Source: Bugula neritina
Taxonomy: Eukaryota > Animalia > Bryozoa
Length of the DNA stretch: 64,000 bases
Direction of reading: 5' to 3'
NCBI GenBank assembly: GCA_964035545.1
Contig: OZ037765.1
Coordinates: 14,146,698-14,210,697, forward strand
The position numbers were made by a program, and so were the translations under genes. Numbering within the stretch: position 1 is the stretch's first letter; every line of letters starts with the position of its first letter. Positions 12,460 to 25,015 of the stretch are shown here, piece after piece. A model generated the notes under the pieces. The model was given only the letters and a program-made list of their open reading frames with translations, did not search any database and was not told where the DNA came from.

Positions 12460-12830
12460 TCTTCCTTGAATAACTCCTTTGTATAGGTAATACTCTATTG
12501 TCAACAAATATTTTCGTATTAAACTAAGCCTAGCAATAAAATTATTACATGTTTATATTTTTATATAGATATACTTTTTTGTAAATTCTAGTTCCAAATA
12601 TCAATAGTATATATAAAGTAATAAAGAAGAAATAGTAAATTGATGCAATGTTATAAATCATTTTATTACAGCCATAATAAATATTTACATTGTAGCTTTA
12701 TACATATAAGTGTACAGAAGTGATGTTAAAAAAGTGCCAAAATAAAATAGGCATGAATCTTGTTTCATCATTGGCATGACCAGTATACAATAGTTGCAGA
12801 TATTAACATACATTCCATATGGGAAAAAAA

Positions 12831-15800
12831 CTAACTATTTTTAACACTCATAAAACCAGCTGTATTTGAAAAATACTTCTCATTTGCTGCTTTAAGCTTC
12901 TGTTCTGCTGCTCCTGGGTTTACAATTTCCAGACCTTGCATGGGGGTAAAGGCTACGGAGGCAGTACCAGAAATCTGTTTTCTTACAGTAGTGCTGCCTC
13001 CCCATACCTGCTGCTTGTTTAACTTTTGCTGTAAAATAAAACAACTGGTTTAGTGACATATATAACATGTAGAGGATATCTAATAGTAATGGTGAATAAT
13101 GCTTAGTCTATTGTTTTAACAACCTCTTGAAATGTTTAGACTGGATTAAACAAAGTAGGAGTTATTTCACTTTTCTATTATAAGTTAAAATGGACTTGAA
13201 GTGGTAGTAGCAGACGGGTTACCTGCAGAGTCTTAGAGACCTTGGCCTTAGTTTTAGAATCGGCAACTGGAGCTCGGAGTTTACCAGTAGATTTCCTACC
13301 CAGGTTGCCCAGAGAGAAGCCGAGGTCCTCTTGGTATGCTTCGTCTTCTATCTGAATACATTAGCATATCAAAGTAAGCATTTTGTAATGATACATATTT
13401 TGTAATGAAGAAGTTTACATGCAGCTGGTTTATATTGGAAATTACTACGAATAGAAAGTCAAAAACAAAACAGATAGACAGACTACAAATCCAAATCTAG
13501 TCAATGGTAAACATCATTAGAACTATTAGTGTGGGCAAAACTTATTTCAGATAAAGCTGTATGACTGATGCACACAGCAGGCTGCGGCTAGTTAAGGCTA
13601 TGGCTTTATACTCACATCACCAAAGTTCATTCTATTAGCTGTTTTTCGCATTTCAGTAATACCTAGCCTCTCCTTCATCTTACGAGCTCTCCTACCGCCA
13701 CGCTTCTTCTTAGAAACTTCAATAGGAGCAGGAAGTGCCTAGAAAGAAGTAAAAGATAAAATGGAAGCCTCTCCGCTGAGTTCAGAATAAAACGATCACA
13801 CCCCTAATATAGTTGACAAATGTCATAGATATCTTCAGAGCAAAAAAGTATCTATTCCTAATCAAAATAACAACATGACAACAAAGGGTCACAAACACAG
13901 CAATTGCTATATGCTGGCACACTATATTGTGTGTAGCAGAAATCATAGCCAAAACATTGGGTAGCAAATTACACGTAGTATCAAATGAAACCAATTACAA
14001 GTAAGTGAAATCAAAAGACAGCAAATTCAGTTTACTTTATCCTTTGTGTAAATTAGGACAGATGAGGTGAAGAGTTTGCACTACATGTTGTAGTAACGCC
14101 ATTGAGAGGAACATTACCGCGATAATGTGTGAATAACTACCTTAACAGCTTTTACAGGTGGGGGCTCCTGCAGCTTTTCCAGTTTTCCTTCAATTTCTGC
14201 TAACAAATCAGCACCATAACTTCCATCAGGACTTTCATGACTAGCGTCTACTCTTGCTGCCAATACAGCTTTCGCTGCCAACAAGCGAGCTGTTTTCTTC
14301 CTCATGTCCTACAAGCACAAAGCAAACACAGTCCATGTACACAAACACTCTCCATGTAGAATCATGTGTCCATAAATGATTAGTCTGCATGGCGTAGCTG
14401 CCCTTCATAGAAAACTTCTTAGAATAATTTACATCTGAATGGAGTGTCTATTACATAAAAAATATGTATAGTTACAGCTTTAAACATTCATGAAATGCTA
14501 CATCTGTACATGAAGAGAATCAAGTGTATAAAAACTCACAGGGGGTAGCGACTGGACCAGGTCTGTGTAGTAAATGTAACCTGTGTGCGGTAAGACATTA
14601 GCTTGTGAGAATCCTGACAGAGTTTTCTTCACAGAACCAACCAGGAGGGCATTGCATGCTGGCATTTTAGCCAGATTAGTGAGACCACCAGCCACACCTT
14701 GAACAAATATTATACGTTCACCATACTGTTAGATGATCATTTCACTTGATCAAGTACACACTGATAAACCATAACAAAATAATATATTGCGAGCTTGCAT
14801 AACTGCCTTCTAAAATGTACAACTAAATATAAATAATCTATGGTTATGTAAATTCAAGAAAACTCTTAGTTCAACTATTTGCCTAACCAAATATAGTATC
14901 TCATGAAAACTACAAGGATTTACCCATTAGCTTAGCGGCAGTTGAAGCTCCAACAATGGTGGACAAGTTTGGAGCAATGAATGCCATACGGGACTGAACA
15001 TACTGCAGGATCTGGTGCTTCATTGCTTCTAGAGCTATGGCCATATCACAAGCCTCCTGTACTTTCTTCATTTCACCCTCATTCAGGGGAGTTCTATGAA
15101 TACACAAATGTATTACGTGTACAACCTATGAAAAAACCACAGACCCTAGGATCTCATCTATGACATGCATGCCTATTTTATTATATAAATAAATTGGGTC
15201 AATATTGCATATTTTCCACTTATGTACATGTAATATAAATTCATTGTTGCATAACTCTGAAAGTGTTTAATAATCACCACCACTTCGCAGTGATATCACT
15301 ACATAATTATCAAATGAAATTACAAAGTGATGCAAAGCTACAGAAATCTCCTAGATATGTTCTAGTCAACATGTTCCAAAATTTTAATTTCTTGGAATAA
15401 TAGGTAAGGGCATATGCGGACAGAAGAGTTTGGTGGAAACTAAATTTGCTTAGGATTTTATTATTCTACAATGGAAATGTATTTAATTAAACTTGTTATG
15501 GCACGACGAATGCAGATTTTGTTTCTTATGGATAACGCGATCGGACCAAGTGCGTTGATTACGCCAAACTAGCCTCCTTTGATTGGTCTGACAGTGGAAG
15601 AGTTTGTTCGTTTTGGATCACGTGAGCAATTTTTCAAAAATTCATTGAAACCTGACCCAGCTAGGGTCCAGCTGACGAATTTTATCTGATTGCACTCCAT
15701 TGGCTTATTTAAAAAAGCATGAGCATTATTCACATGGCAAAAAAGTTGCTCAAGCGGCATTGCTTGTAACTAAATTAAATAATCAATATTTTAGTAATGA

Positions 15801-18800
15801 TAATAACAATAAATAAATTAAAAAAATTAATTTGTATGAAGCATATTATTTTGCAGCATCTTAAAATTATTTCAAGCAGTTTTTATGGCAGAAGTATATT
15901 TTTTTATAGATATTGTCAGAGCTTGACCAGCTGCACTTTATCAGTATGATAATTCTGATACTAACTGCAAAGATGCACGTAAGCAACTGAGTCGATGTGT
16001 ACAATGAGTAGGAGTGATTTGAAAAAAGTTAAGATGTGGTTAAATTGAAATTGGTGCTACTGAATCATTTCACTTAAGGTAAACACTATCAGCTTCTAAT
16101 TTATTTTATAATTAGTCCAGCTAAAAACGCCTTAGCAATAGTTCTTTTATAGAGAAAATACTATAAAACCAGGCATTTAAATTTTTTATTCAGCAACAAT
16201 AAAAATATAAGTAATAAGTAGTGAAAGACTACGTAAGAATAAATAATCAGCTTGAGATTGATATAAAAAACACGAACACAGCATTCAGTTTTACGTGTCA
16301 TTTTCATTTACTTTTCGCAGTCCAACTGTTGTTAAACATAAATGTACTAAAATTTCAGCTTTTGCTTGGCTAATAAATTTTAAATTTGTCATATTTGATT
16401 ATTTTATTAAAGCAAAACTTTTACTTTGTCATCGCACAACTATAATTAAATTTAACTAGTAACAACTTTACTAGTAAAAGTACTGTTGCTAGGCAACTAT
16501 ACACTACTACTGCAGTTGGCACGATGATTGTTCGTTGGGCATTCGTTGGATCCAACGAATGAAAATTCGTTGTGTCAGAATAAGATATTAGAGCGTTTGC
16601 CTAGTAAGCACGAAGTCATGGGTTCGAGAACCTGACAAAGGCCATTAGTGATGTTAGGAAGAGCATCCAGTCATAATTGCTCCTGTGCCTCATCTTAATA
16701 GGTTCTTAGCCCGATTTAACACAAACCCTTTACATCAGGGGTTTTCTCACAGGGATGGTGACTATAAACTTGCGTGAGTATAGAAGAAACCTACATGTGT
16801 AAACAACTGCAGTGTATAATCTGAGAAATGGTTGAAAGAATTACCCAGTGGTGGTTGATGCAGTGACACTAAGAACCATGATGGTGGCTGATGGAAGGAA
16901 CTCTTGAAGCTCATCTGATAACTTGGAGTTCTCTAGAATATCATTACCAAGAATCTAAAAATAAATATATGCTCACATTTCATAACAACCACATAGTGGA
17001 AATCTATATGAATGAAACTGGTATAGCTAATAGTTTGTGAATACAATTAGTAATTTGTTTATAAGTAAATTTCACATCTTGAACCGCTTCCCAGCACCTA
17101 TAAGTATAAGTAAATACAATTGGATATTTAAAACTGGCACAATAATGAAAAAGCTTGACAGAATGACGAAGTGTATTTCTATTATCTTAAAAAGGTTGGG
17201 TGTTGAGTTTTAGTGGCGAGTTTGATTTACTTTGTCTATTGCTAATGGCACTGCAGCTCTGCAAAAACGCTAAAAATAAATCACTTGTTACATTGAGTCG
17301 AATAAGTGAGATTTCAAGAAGTCTGCCTCCAGGCAAACCATTTCATAATAAGAGTTGATTCCAGCAGCAGCAGTTTACTTTGGTAGGTGTATTTTTGGAG
17401 CATGTTGAATGATTATGGGACATACACTATGAGCTGATATAAAGTCAAACTTTGATTTAAAGCAAAATTGTAGAACCAACAGTAGAAGTGCTTCAACATA
17501 AATTTTATGTTTGATATTCCCCAAATTCAAAATCTCCAACACTTAACCAACTCCAAGTCTAAGTTAATATAAAATAATGAAGAAAATAATAACATATAAA
17601 CAATATCATTATAACATGGATTTTATAAATTCAAATGTTCCACAACAGCAAGTGTGACTATATGGGTAATAACATAGTTTTAATAATTCAACTAGTTTGA
17701 CGTTGCTAATTCATTTGAAATCATCTCAGAGCAGCTTCCACATATTTTTAATTTAAATTTTATTTCTGAAAAATGCACACAGTTTACAAGAGGAGGTTTT
17801 CTATCTATTATACTTGTATGGGAGAATAAATTAGCTTGCAAATAGCTCCGTAGATGATAAGAAGTTTACTAGAAATTTCAATCAGTCGTCCTAGTTATAG
17901 TGAAATTATATTACTGTGCTTCAATAGATTGCATGTAAAAGTGCAGCCTTGCTACTCTGACAGTAATTAAACAATTTTATGCTTTCTGGGCATATAATAG
18001 TGGTGTGAGTTAGTTTAATGATAAATACTATAAAATTGGCAAGAAAATTTGTTCCTATTTCATAATGGTCAAATAAACATGTGGGTCATTTTGCCTGCTT
18101 TAGTACACACTGGAAATCTCCAGTTTTTAGCCATTTTTTTACAATTTAGCTGCTAATGAACATGGGTTTTTGCCCAAAAATAATAAAATATCAATAAATA
18201 CACCTAAATAATCAAGGTTCCTTTTAATTTTGCTTGATTTCCCATGTTTTTCCTAATTATTCAGCTACTTTCGATTGCGGACCGTTATGGCTTTTTCGTA
18301 ACGGTCCGCAATCTAAATTAGCTAAACAAATAGGAAAAAACATGGAAAATTAAGCAGAATTAAGAAAAACCTTGTTAATTATAGCAGCTAAATTGCAAAA
18401 AACAGTTAAAATCTGGAGATTTCCAGAGTGTACAAAATTAAGTAAAATGACTTGTGTGTAATTGCTAAGAATATGTGTTGCTAGTTATTAATTGCTTACT
18501 TTAACTGTTTTAATGTAGTCCAACGGCTGTTGTACCAGAGAATCTAGCTCCGGGTAGCGTGGCATATATGTATCTTTTGTATATTTATGAATTACACCTA
18601 AAACAAAGGCAAGTGCAGAATTTGTTTTTATATAAAATACTATCACAAGTTCTAGTAGAACTTTGCAGCATGAAAACATGTAGGCCTGCTTAGTAAAGCA
18701 ATAACTTCACAAACACCAAACCAAAGACTAGAAACCAAGAAAAAATTGAATAGATATTGAATCAAGCAAGTGTTCAGATTAGACTATGCCTATGCACTTT

Positions 18801-19284
18801 TGCCACAGACTCATCATTTAGACATCGATTAATATAAAATTATGAAACATTACAAAACTTGTTTAAAATGAGTTTGGAGCTGCATCAACATACAAACACA
18901 AAGACAGGAGAGCAAAGCAAGATACCCATCAGGTTGGATCAAATACATACCAAGCTCATCGGTAATCTCAACGGTGATTTGATTAGCTTCAACAATGACT
19001 TGATACTCTGCATCAGACTCAACAGGTCCTACTACAGCCCCACGCTTCATATCTGAGAACTTAGAAATATTAGACATGACAGTTTCCAATTTCTTACTAC
19101 CATACAGCTTAGCAACACTCCTAACAGTTTTCTCATAGTCAACAGCGTCAGTTGACTTTTCATCTAGTTCCATGCTGGAAGCAGCTTCTTCATGTATAGT
19201 GGGAAGACCTTTACTACTTTCAGTTCCATCTACATTCATCCCTTCATCTTCAAAATCGGCTAATAACTCGTCTGAGAGTGACAT
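12831..19284 (-). CDS. PRPF31: U4/U6 snRNP protein Prp31 (~495 aa)
   Basis: Nine coding exons: 19284-18951, 18597-18500, 16954-16845, 15093-14924, 14697-14540, 14308-14141, 13738-13616, 13351-13223, 13028-12831; 1488 nt, in frame. Motifs: MSLSDELLADFE start, RYPELDSLV, SRMAFIAPNLSTIVG, AGGLTNLAKMPACN, KKKRGGRRARKMKER, SGTASVAFTPMQGLEIVNP. Confidence 0.96.
15499..16578. mobile_element. Probable non-autonomous DNA element in a PRPF31 intron
   Basis: Imperfect inverted ends TGGCACGACGAAT / ATTCGTTGTGTCA, plus clustered subterminal ACGAA/TTCGT repeats and a CAACGAAT..ATTCGTTG hairpin at 16553-16572. Confidence 0.35.
16588..16790 (+). mobile_element. tRNA-derived SINE copy
   Basis: B-box-like GGTTCGAGA at ~16621 followed by AGGAAGAGCATCCAGTC. 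Shares CACGAAG..GGTTCGA..AAAGGC..ATCYAGTCAYAATTG..CTTAGCC..CATCAGGGGTTYTCTCAC with the minus-strand copy at 62456-62596. Confidence 0.6.
18078..18460. mobile_element. Fold-back / MITE-like long inverted repeat in PRPF31 intron
   Basis: Arms of ~180 bp: GTCATTTT..ACACTGGAAATCTCCAG..TTAGCTGCTA pairs with TAGCAGCTAA..CTGGAGATTTCCAGAGTGT..AAAATGAC. Central GATTGCGGACCGTTA / TAACGGTCCGCAATC around a short loop. Confidence 0.8.
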
Positions 19285-21544
19285 AGTGATGACTTATATA
19301 GCCTACAGTACAATCAACAGCAGTGTTGCAGCAATAAAATCACACGGATAAGTTTACATTTCATTAGAATATTGCCAGCATAGCCATATTTAACACAAGA
19401 GCAGCTGTAAATATCAGTTTTATTTTAATTAGGCCAAATAGCTCCACACTTATGAAAATCAAAATGCAGTTCTAAACTATCCTCCAACAGAATAATGACA
19501 GCACAAAGCTCTAAGCCTCTCTAAACAATTGCTGAGATACCAACAATTGGTTAGAGTTACAGGCTTCTTGTCATTTGACTCAAAAAATGTTTGGTAAAGT
19601 GATAAGCATACTTTTGAGATTTTTCACAAACTATGTATTTATTAGAGCCATAGCTGTTACACTTACAAATATCACACACTTGCTTACATGCCTACCGAAA
19701 AAGTTAAAAGTGACAGAATCTCTTTTAAAAAATTATTGTTTGCAGGAATATTCATAGTTAGTGAGGGGCTTCAATAACAATTCATCGCATGATTGCAAAG
19801 GGGTGATAGTAAAAAATACAAGCTTCGGAAGCTCAGTATTTTCACGTTTGTCCTTATAATTATACTCAGAAAGCTCATTTAATAAATGACAGGTAAGTAT
19901 GGACTTGAAGTAATGCTATGATTGAGGAGATTATTTTGTGCAAGTATCTTCCAGTGAAGCTTATGAAACCTCAAAAATATTGAGTTAAACAGATATTGAA
20001 GGTAAGGAAGTTCCAGACATCTTTGAACAAGCCAAAATATTTAAACCTGAAAAAGTATTATGAAATGATACTGGTAAATCTAAATATAAAATGTAAATTT
20101 GTTTTATTGCATTGTCATGAAGATTAATTGCTTACTAAAATAGTTTTGAATAGCTGAATTGTAACAACAAGACTAAAGCTGTTTTTTATAAGCAACAAAT
20201 CATAAAAAAATCTCTAAGATACCTATAAATAGCTCATAAATAATGATTAAAAAGAAAAAATAATTTACAGTAATTTCTCAAAGCTTTTGATGAAGGATAA
20301 AAAACCAATAGTTTTTGACGATGGTTTTTGCAGAACAGTTGGCCAGTATGAGCATAAATGCATTCTCAGTACATTACTGTAAAGATTTATTTGTACTTTT
20401 ACACTAGGACCGACTAGTTAATTTTAGTAGCAACAAGATTTTTAGAAATCTTCTAAACACCACTCAAATACAACTTTAGAGTTGCATAACCCAGAAAACT
20501 GAAATCACAACAAATTTGATGCATTGTAATAAAGTATCTATTATGTAATGCAATAACCATTGTAATGTTTTTGCTGTCCAGTGAAAAAAAATTGTCAACT
20601 GTACTGTTGATATTTTAGCCAATGTAGTAATAATTCTTTTTCATCATAACAAATTAGATAATGCTATAGTTTAAATAAATATTCATAGTAAAAATATTTA
20701 TACTGATGATTTGGAACTTGAAACTAAGCAATTAAAATTGAAGTCCTTTTATGTTTTTAATTTTATATTTGTGTTATAATTACACTGAACTATCCAACTC
20801 ATTACACTAATTAATGTAGATGCAAAAGCTGACATAGAGAAAATTGTAACAACATGAGTTATCAATTTGAACTTGATTCCCAACACATTTACGTTTGTGA
20901 GTTACTAGAAGGTAATTTGTCATACTGGCTTTTACCGCAGAAAAATCTTAATATAAATATTTTTGGTGCCAATGTTAGTCAGCTCAAGCATTTATTAAAA
21001 TGATGTTATCTTTATAAGTTACTATTGACTTTTATTTAGACATTAAAATAGGCTATTTTAATTTTCTGATGCTCATTGTTACAGATCCTGCAATGAATTA
21101 AATCATGGTCAGGCCAAATAGAATGTCTGCTACCAGAAAATGTGCATAGCATGCTTCATGGGTGGAGTGGTCAGCGGCTAAACTAACCAGCCGGCGAGAC
21201 TGGACAATCTGAGGCCTGTGGTGAGCCATGAGAGTCAGTGTAACATAACACACACTTTAAAAAAAAGCAGGGAATAACAGACGGGCTATTTGATGCCAAA
21301 TCAATATTTTTTTTGAAATTTCACAGACCTCCTCTCGTTCTTTTGAGACGCCAATAGAAAATTATTAAACATGTTAAACGGATCAATCTCAAATATAAGC
21401 TTTTAATTTCTAATAGTATTAGCGAGCAAAATTTGGTCAAAAATGATGCTTTGCATGGAATAACACGATTCACTCTAATCTGTTCTTGCTTCAACAGTGG
21501 GTAAAAGTGTGTTAGGAGACAGGGGAAAAGGAAGGAAATGTTGC

Positions 21545-23170
21545 TTCATATGTAGCAGAATGGAATATACGGACACTGATGAATCGATCACCATCACAAC
21601 GTCCAGAAAGGCAGACAGCTCTTGTGAACATTGAAAAAGAAATATCCTATAGATGTCGCTGTACTTGGTGAAACAAGATTTCCAGGTTATGATAGCCTAA
21701 AAGATCATATTTATACTTCCTACTGAAGTGAAGTCAGCTGATAAAAAAGAGAAGCATGTTATAAATTTGCTTTCGAAAATGAGATCACTGCAACTTTGAA
21801 TAAAGAACCAACTCCTGTCAATGCCCAAATCCTGACGATGAGACTTCCTCTTCAGAAAATATTTTTCGCTACCTCATTATTATACAGCATAAGCTCCTAC
21901 TATGACTAACACTGAGGAAATGAAGGAATAGTTCTAGAGTGATCTGAGACACCATCAATGAATCCCAACTGATAGATTGATAATGATAAATGCTTTTTAA
22001 TGTGAGGTTAGGCTCAGACTCCGAGAAATGGAAAGGAACACTTGAGAGTTATAGTGTAGATGAATGTAGTGAGAATGGAAAGTCACGTTGAACTTTATGT
22101 TCAGAGCACAACCTTATGATAACCAATGCCATTTTTAAACACAAAGAGTCACACAAGAATAAATGGATGTACCCAAGACCGAAACACTACTACTTGCTGG
22201 ATTACATCATTGTCAGACAAAAAAATGTGGTTAAGGTTTTGGATACTCAGGCTGTGAGAGGAGCGAATTTGGGCAAAAACCATGTAACACTAAGATCAAA
22301 ATTGAGGATCAAAAGAAAAGAACAGAACAAGTAACCGGATCTAAATCACCGCTTAACCTAAACACTGACATACTGAAAGACCAGAAAAGAGAAAAACTTG
22401 AGAAGGGATCACATGTGAATACATAGCACTGAGATGTAAGGTGATTTAGAGCAAATGTTAAAACAATTGAACAAATAGTGTTTTAAGTTGCTAGTGAAGT
22501 GATTTTTAAGCAAGCTAAAACATCATAGTTGGTCTAACAAGCATGATAGGCTACTACTACAGTTGATCAAGGAGAGAAATAAGGCAAGACAGGCTTTTCT
22601 CCAGTGTAACACTAAATTGAAAAGAAAGACCTACTCAAAAGCACAGAGTATACCTTCAGAGGTATACCAGAGAGACGATGGTAGCAGAAAAAATATAAAG
22701 AACTGCAAATCACAGCACACAGAAGGGATATGAAAGTATTCTATATAGGCTTAAAAAATTATAGTCCCAAATCAAAAGAATAGCCTAATCCAACTTCATG
22801 ATCACATTGTAACCACAGTTCTACAAGGAAGATTCTCCACCACTGCAAGAAATTGCTCAACATTTCAGGGGAGTTAGATTAATTAACAAAGATCAAGACA
22901 ATAAAAGGCCTGTTGAACTCTTGGATGATATTCCCAATATGAATAAACTTATGTCCGAAATTGTGTCAATGTAGAATGGAATAACTGTTGGCAGAGATAG
23001 TATTCCATTCAAAATATGAAAACATTGTGGTAAGGAAAGGACAGGTAGTCTTTTTAAACCAACATAGATTTCGTAGGACACCGAGATCATACCACAGGAC
23101 TGGAAGAAAGATGATAGAAAAGAGTGTAGAGATTATCATAGCATACCCCTTTTATCAATTATAAGCAAGA
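21545..23170 (+). mobile_element. Decayed RTE-clade LINE (AP endonuclease to start of RT), many stops and frameshifts
   Basis: Fragments RPERQTALV, DVAVLGETRF, LMITNAIFKHKESHKNKWMYPRPKHYYLLDYIIVRQ, and CRDYHSIPLLSI at the RT start. Confidence 0.75.
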
Positions 23171-23174
23171 TTCA

Positions 23175-24600
23175 CATAATTGTCATATTTATACTTTCAG
23201 TTACTGTTAGTATTATACTTATACTAACCTATAGCTAGACTAATACCAAAAAAAAAAAAATTTAAAAAATAGTATTAGTAATAGTATTACTATTAGTATA
23301 ACTCAGTCTCATGTAAATATTACTTATAGTTATAGTTATACAGTTCTCAGTTATTAGTATTACTAGTATTAGTACCTGTGACTAATGATACTATTACTAT
23401 AGTTATTAAAATGAATATCATTATGATTACATTTATTGTAACAATATGAATAACTAATAAGTAATAATTAAGCATAAGTATAACTATTAGAACAACACAT
23501 TAACTTTAACTTTAAGTGATTAACTTAGACCTTAAGTTTAACTTTATCATTTCCTTAAAGTTAAAGTTAATGATAATCATAATGATTAACTTTAAGTTTA
23601 AGTAATAACTATAACATTAACTATAAGTATAAATTAATGCAAATAATTAATAAGTATAAGTATTAGACTTAGTTATTACTATTGCTATTAGTATTATTAC
23701 TATTACTATTACTATTAGTATTAGTATTACTATTAGAATAATTACTAAATAGTAAATTAGTGTAGTTTATTAATAAATTTTGACTTTTGTTGATTTTTCG
23801 GTTTAAATTTGAGCTAAGCAATTACTACTTTATTTGATTTTCTAATTACACAGCAGTTTCAGTTTGATCCAATGGGTTAAAAGTGGTGTTTCGAGTCATT
23901 GCTGACTGTTTGGGAAGTTTCTATATGCAGTAATGTGGCTCGACATTCAATTGCTGGATTTTTTACGATGCGTTGAAAAAAGCGGAAATATCTATAATAT
24001 GCAATAATCTGGCTCGACATCTGGTTGCTGGATACTTTCCGATTGGCTTATTATGTAGCGTCTCGGATTGGCTTACTAATTAAAAACGCACCAGATCATT
24101 TTAATGTCATGACGTACACGTGCTCTCCAACTCGCTTCTAGTAATACCGATAATCATAATCATAATGTACTATCTAAGTCTTTATTTTTATTTCATTTCA
24201 ACTTGCATGAATGATGAACTTGAAGTTGAACTGTCAGTGTCACACCTGAAGCAGAAACAAATACGAGGCCTAGCAGATCAGCATAAAGGAAAGATAAAAA
24301 TATGCATTATCATAATGATTATCATAATGATAATCATACTGGCACTTTACTGGTAATACTTATACTATAAATTATTATTATGATAACCATAATCATAATG
24401 ATAATCATATTCATATTGATATATTAAATTTTATAATAATAAGACCCTAGTAGGTATTACTATTAGTATTACTATTAGTAAACTGTAAAGGCAGAGGTGC
24501 TGCTTGATTTGACTTAGGCATATAATTATATTTATAGTTATAAGCCTGGTAGTGTGTGAGACAGTCATAGAATTAGTCATTAAATACTGACTAGAATTTC
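23175..24600. repeat. AT-rich low-complexity tract with ATT/ACT/AGT/ATC trinucleotide-like runs
   Basis: Runs such as TATTAGTATTACTATTAC and ATAATCATAATCATAATG, interrupted by a more complex segment at ~23820-24140. Confidence 0.7.
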
Positions 24601-24609
24601 GTATTCATG

Positions 24610-24705
24610 ATGCCAACTGTTCAGTTGGAGACTGATGCCATCTTATAGTTATTTGTGTTAAATATTGAGATAAACTTAATAGGGTTGTAGTTAACAAGAC
24701 TGTAG
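24610..24705 (-). mobile_element. Short Copia-like 5'/gag-start fragment (target of the LTR insertion)
   Basis: Encodes NYNPIKFISIFNT..MASVSN, matching 31390-31460. Similarity continues after the TSD at 27323. Confidence 0.6.
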
Positions 24706-24929
24706 TGTAATGTTGTAGTAATTAGTGAATCAGAACAAGAAACCTGTTTTGTCATCTGTGCTGTTATTTTAACCCTGTTGCAAGAGTCGTGTCGGGTCAG
24801 CAACAGGATATATGATTTGCTATGTTTATGTACACTTATGAAGTTCAATAATAAATCAGTTTAGATCTATGTGACAAACTACAAAGACATTCCCTTGCTG
24901 CTCCTATCATATAATAAGCTAACATTAAA
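24706..24929 (+). repeat. 5' LTR
   Basis: TGTAATGTT...AACATTAAA, near-identical to 27094-27317 and followed by the PBS. Confidence 0.93.
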
Positions 24930-25015
24930 ATTGGCGACGAGGATAATAGAGAAGGATTATTTGATGCTCTTTTGGAAGGGGATTGTAGTTTCTAGACAAG
25001 GTTCGTAGTATCAAA

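Noticed and set aside
16600-16660. Possible tRNA gene (also 62540-62600 and a fainter tRNA-like segment at ~61130-61220)
   Set aside because: Only B-box-like remnants without a cloverleaf; better explained as SINE heads.
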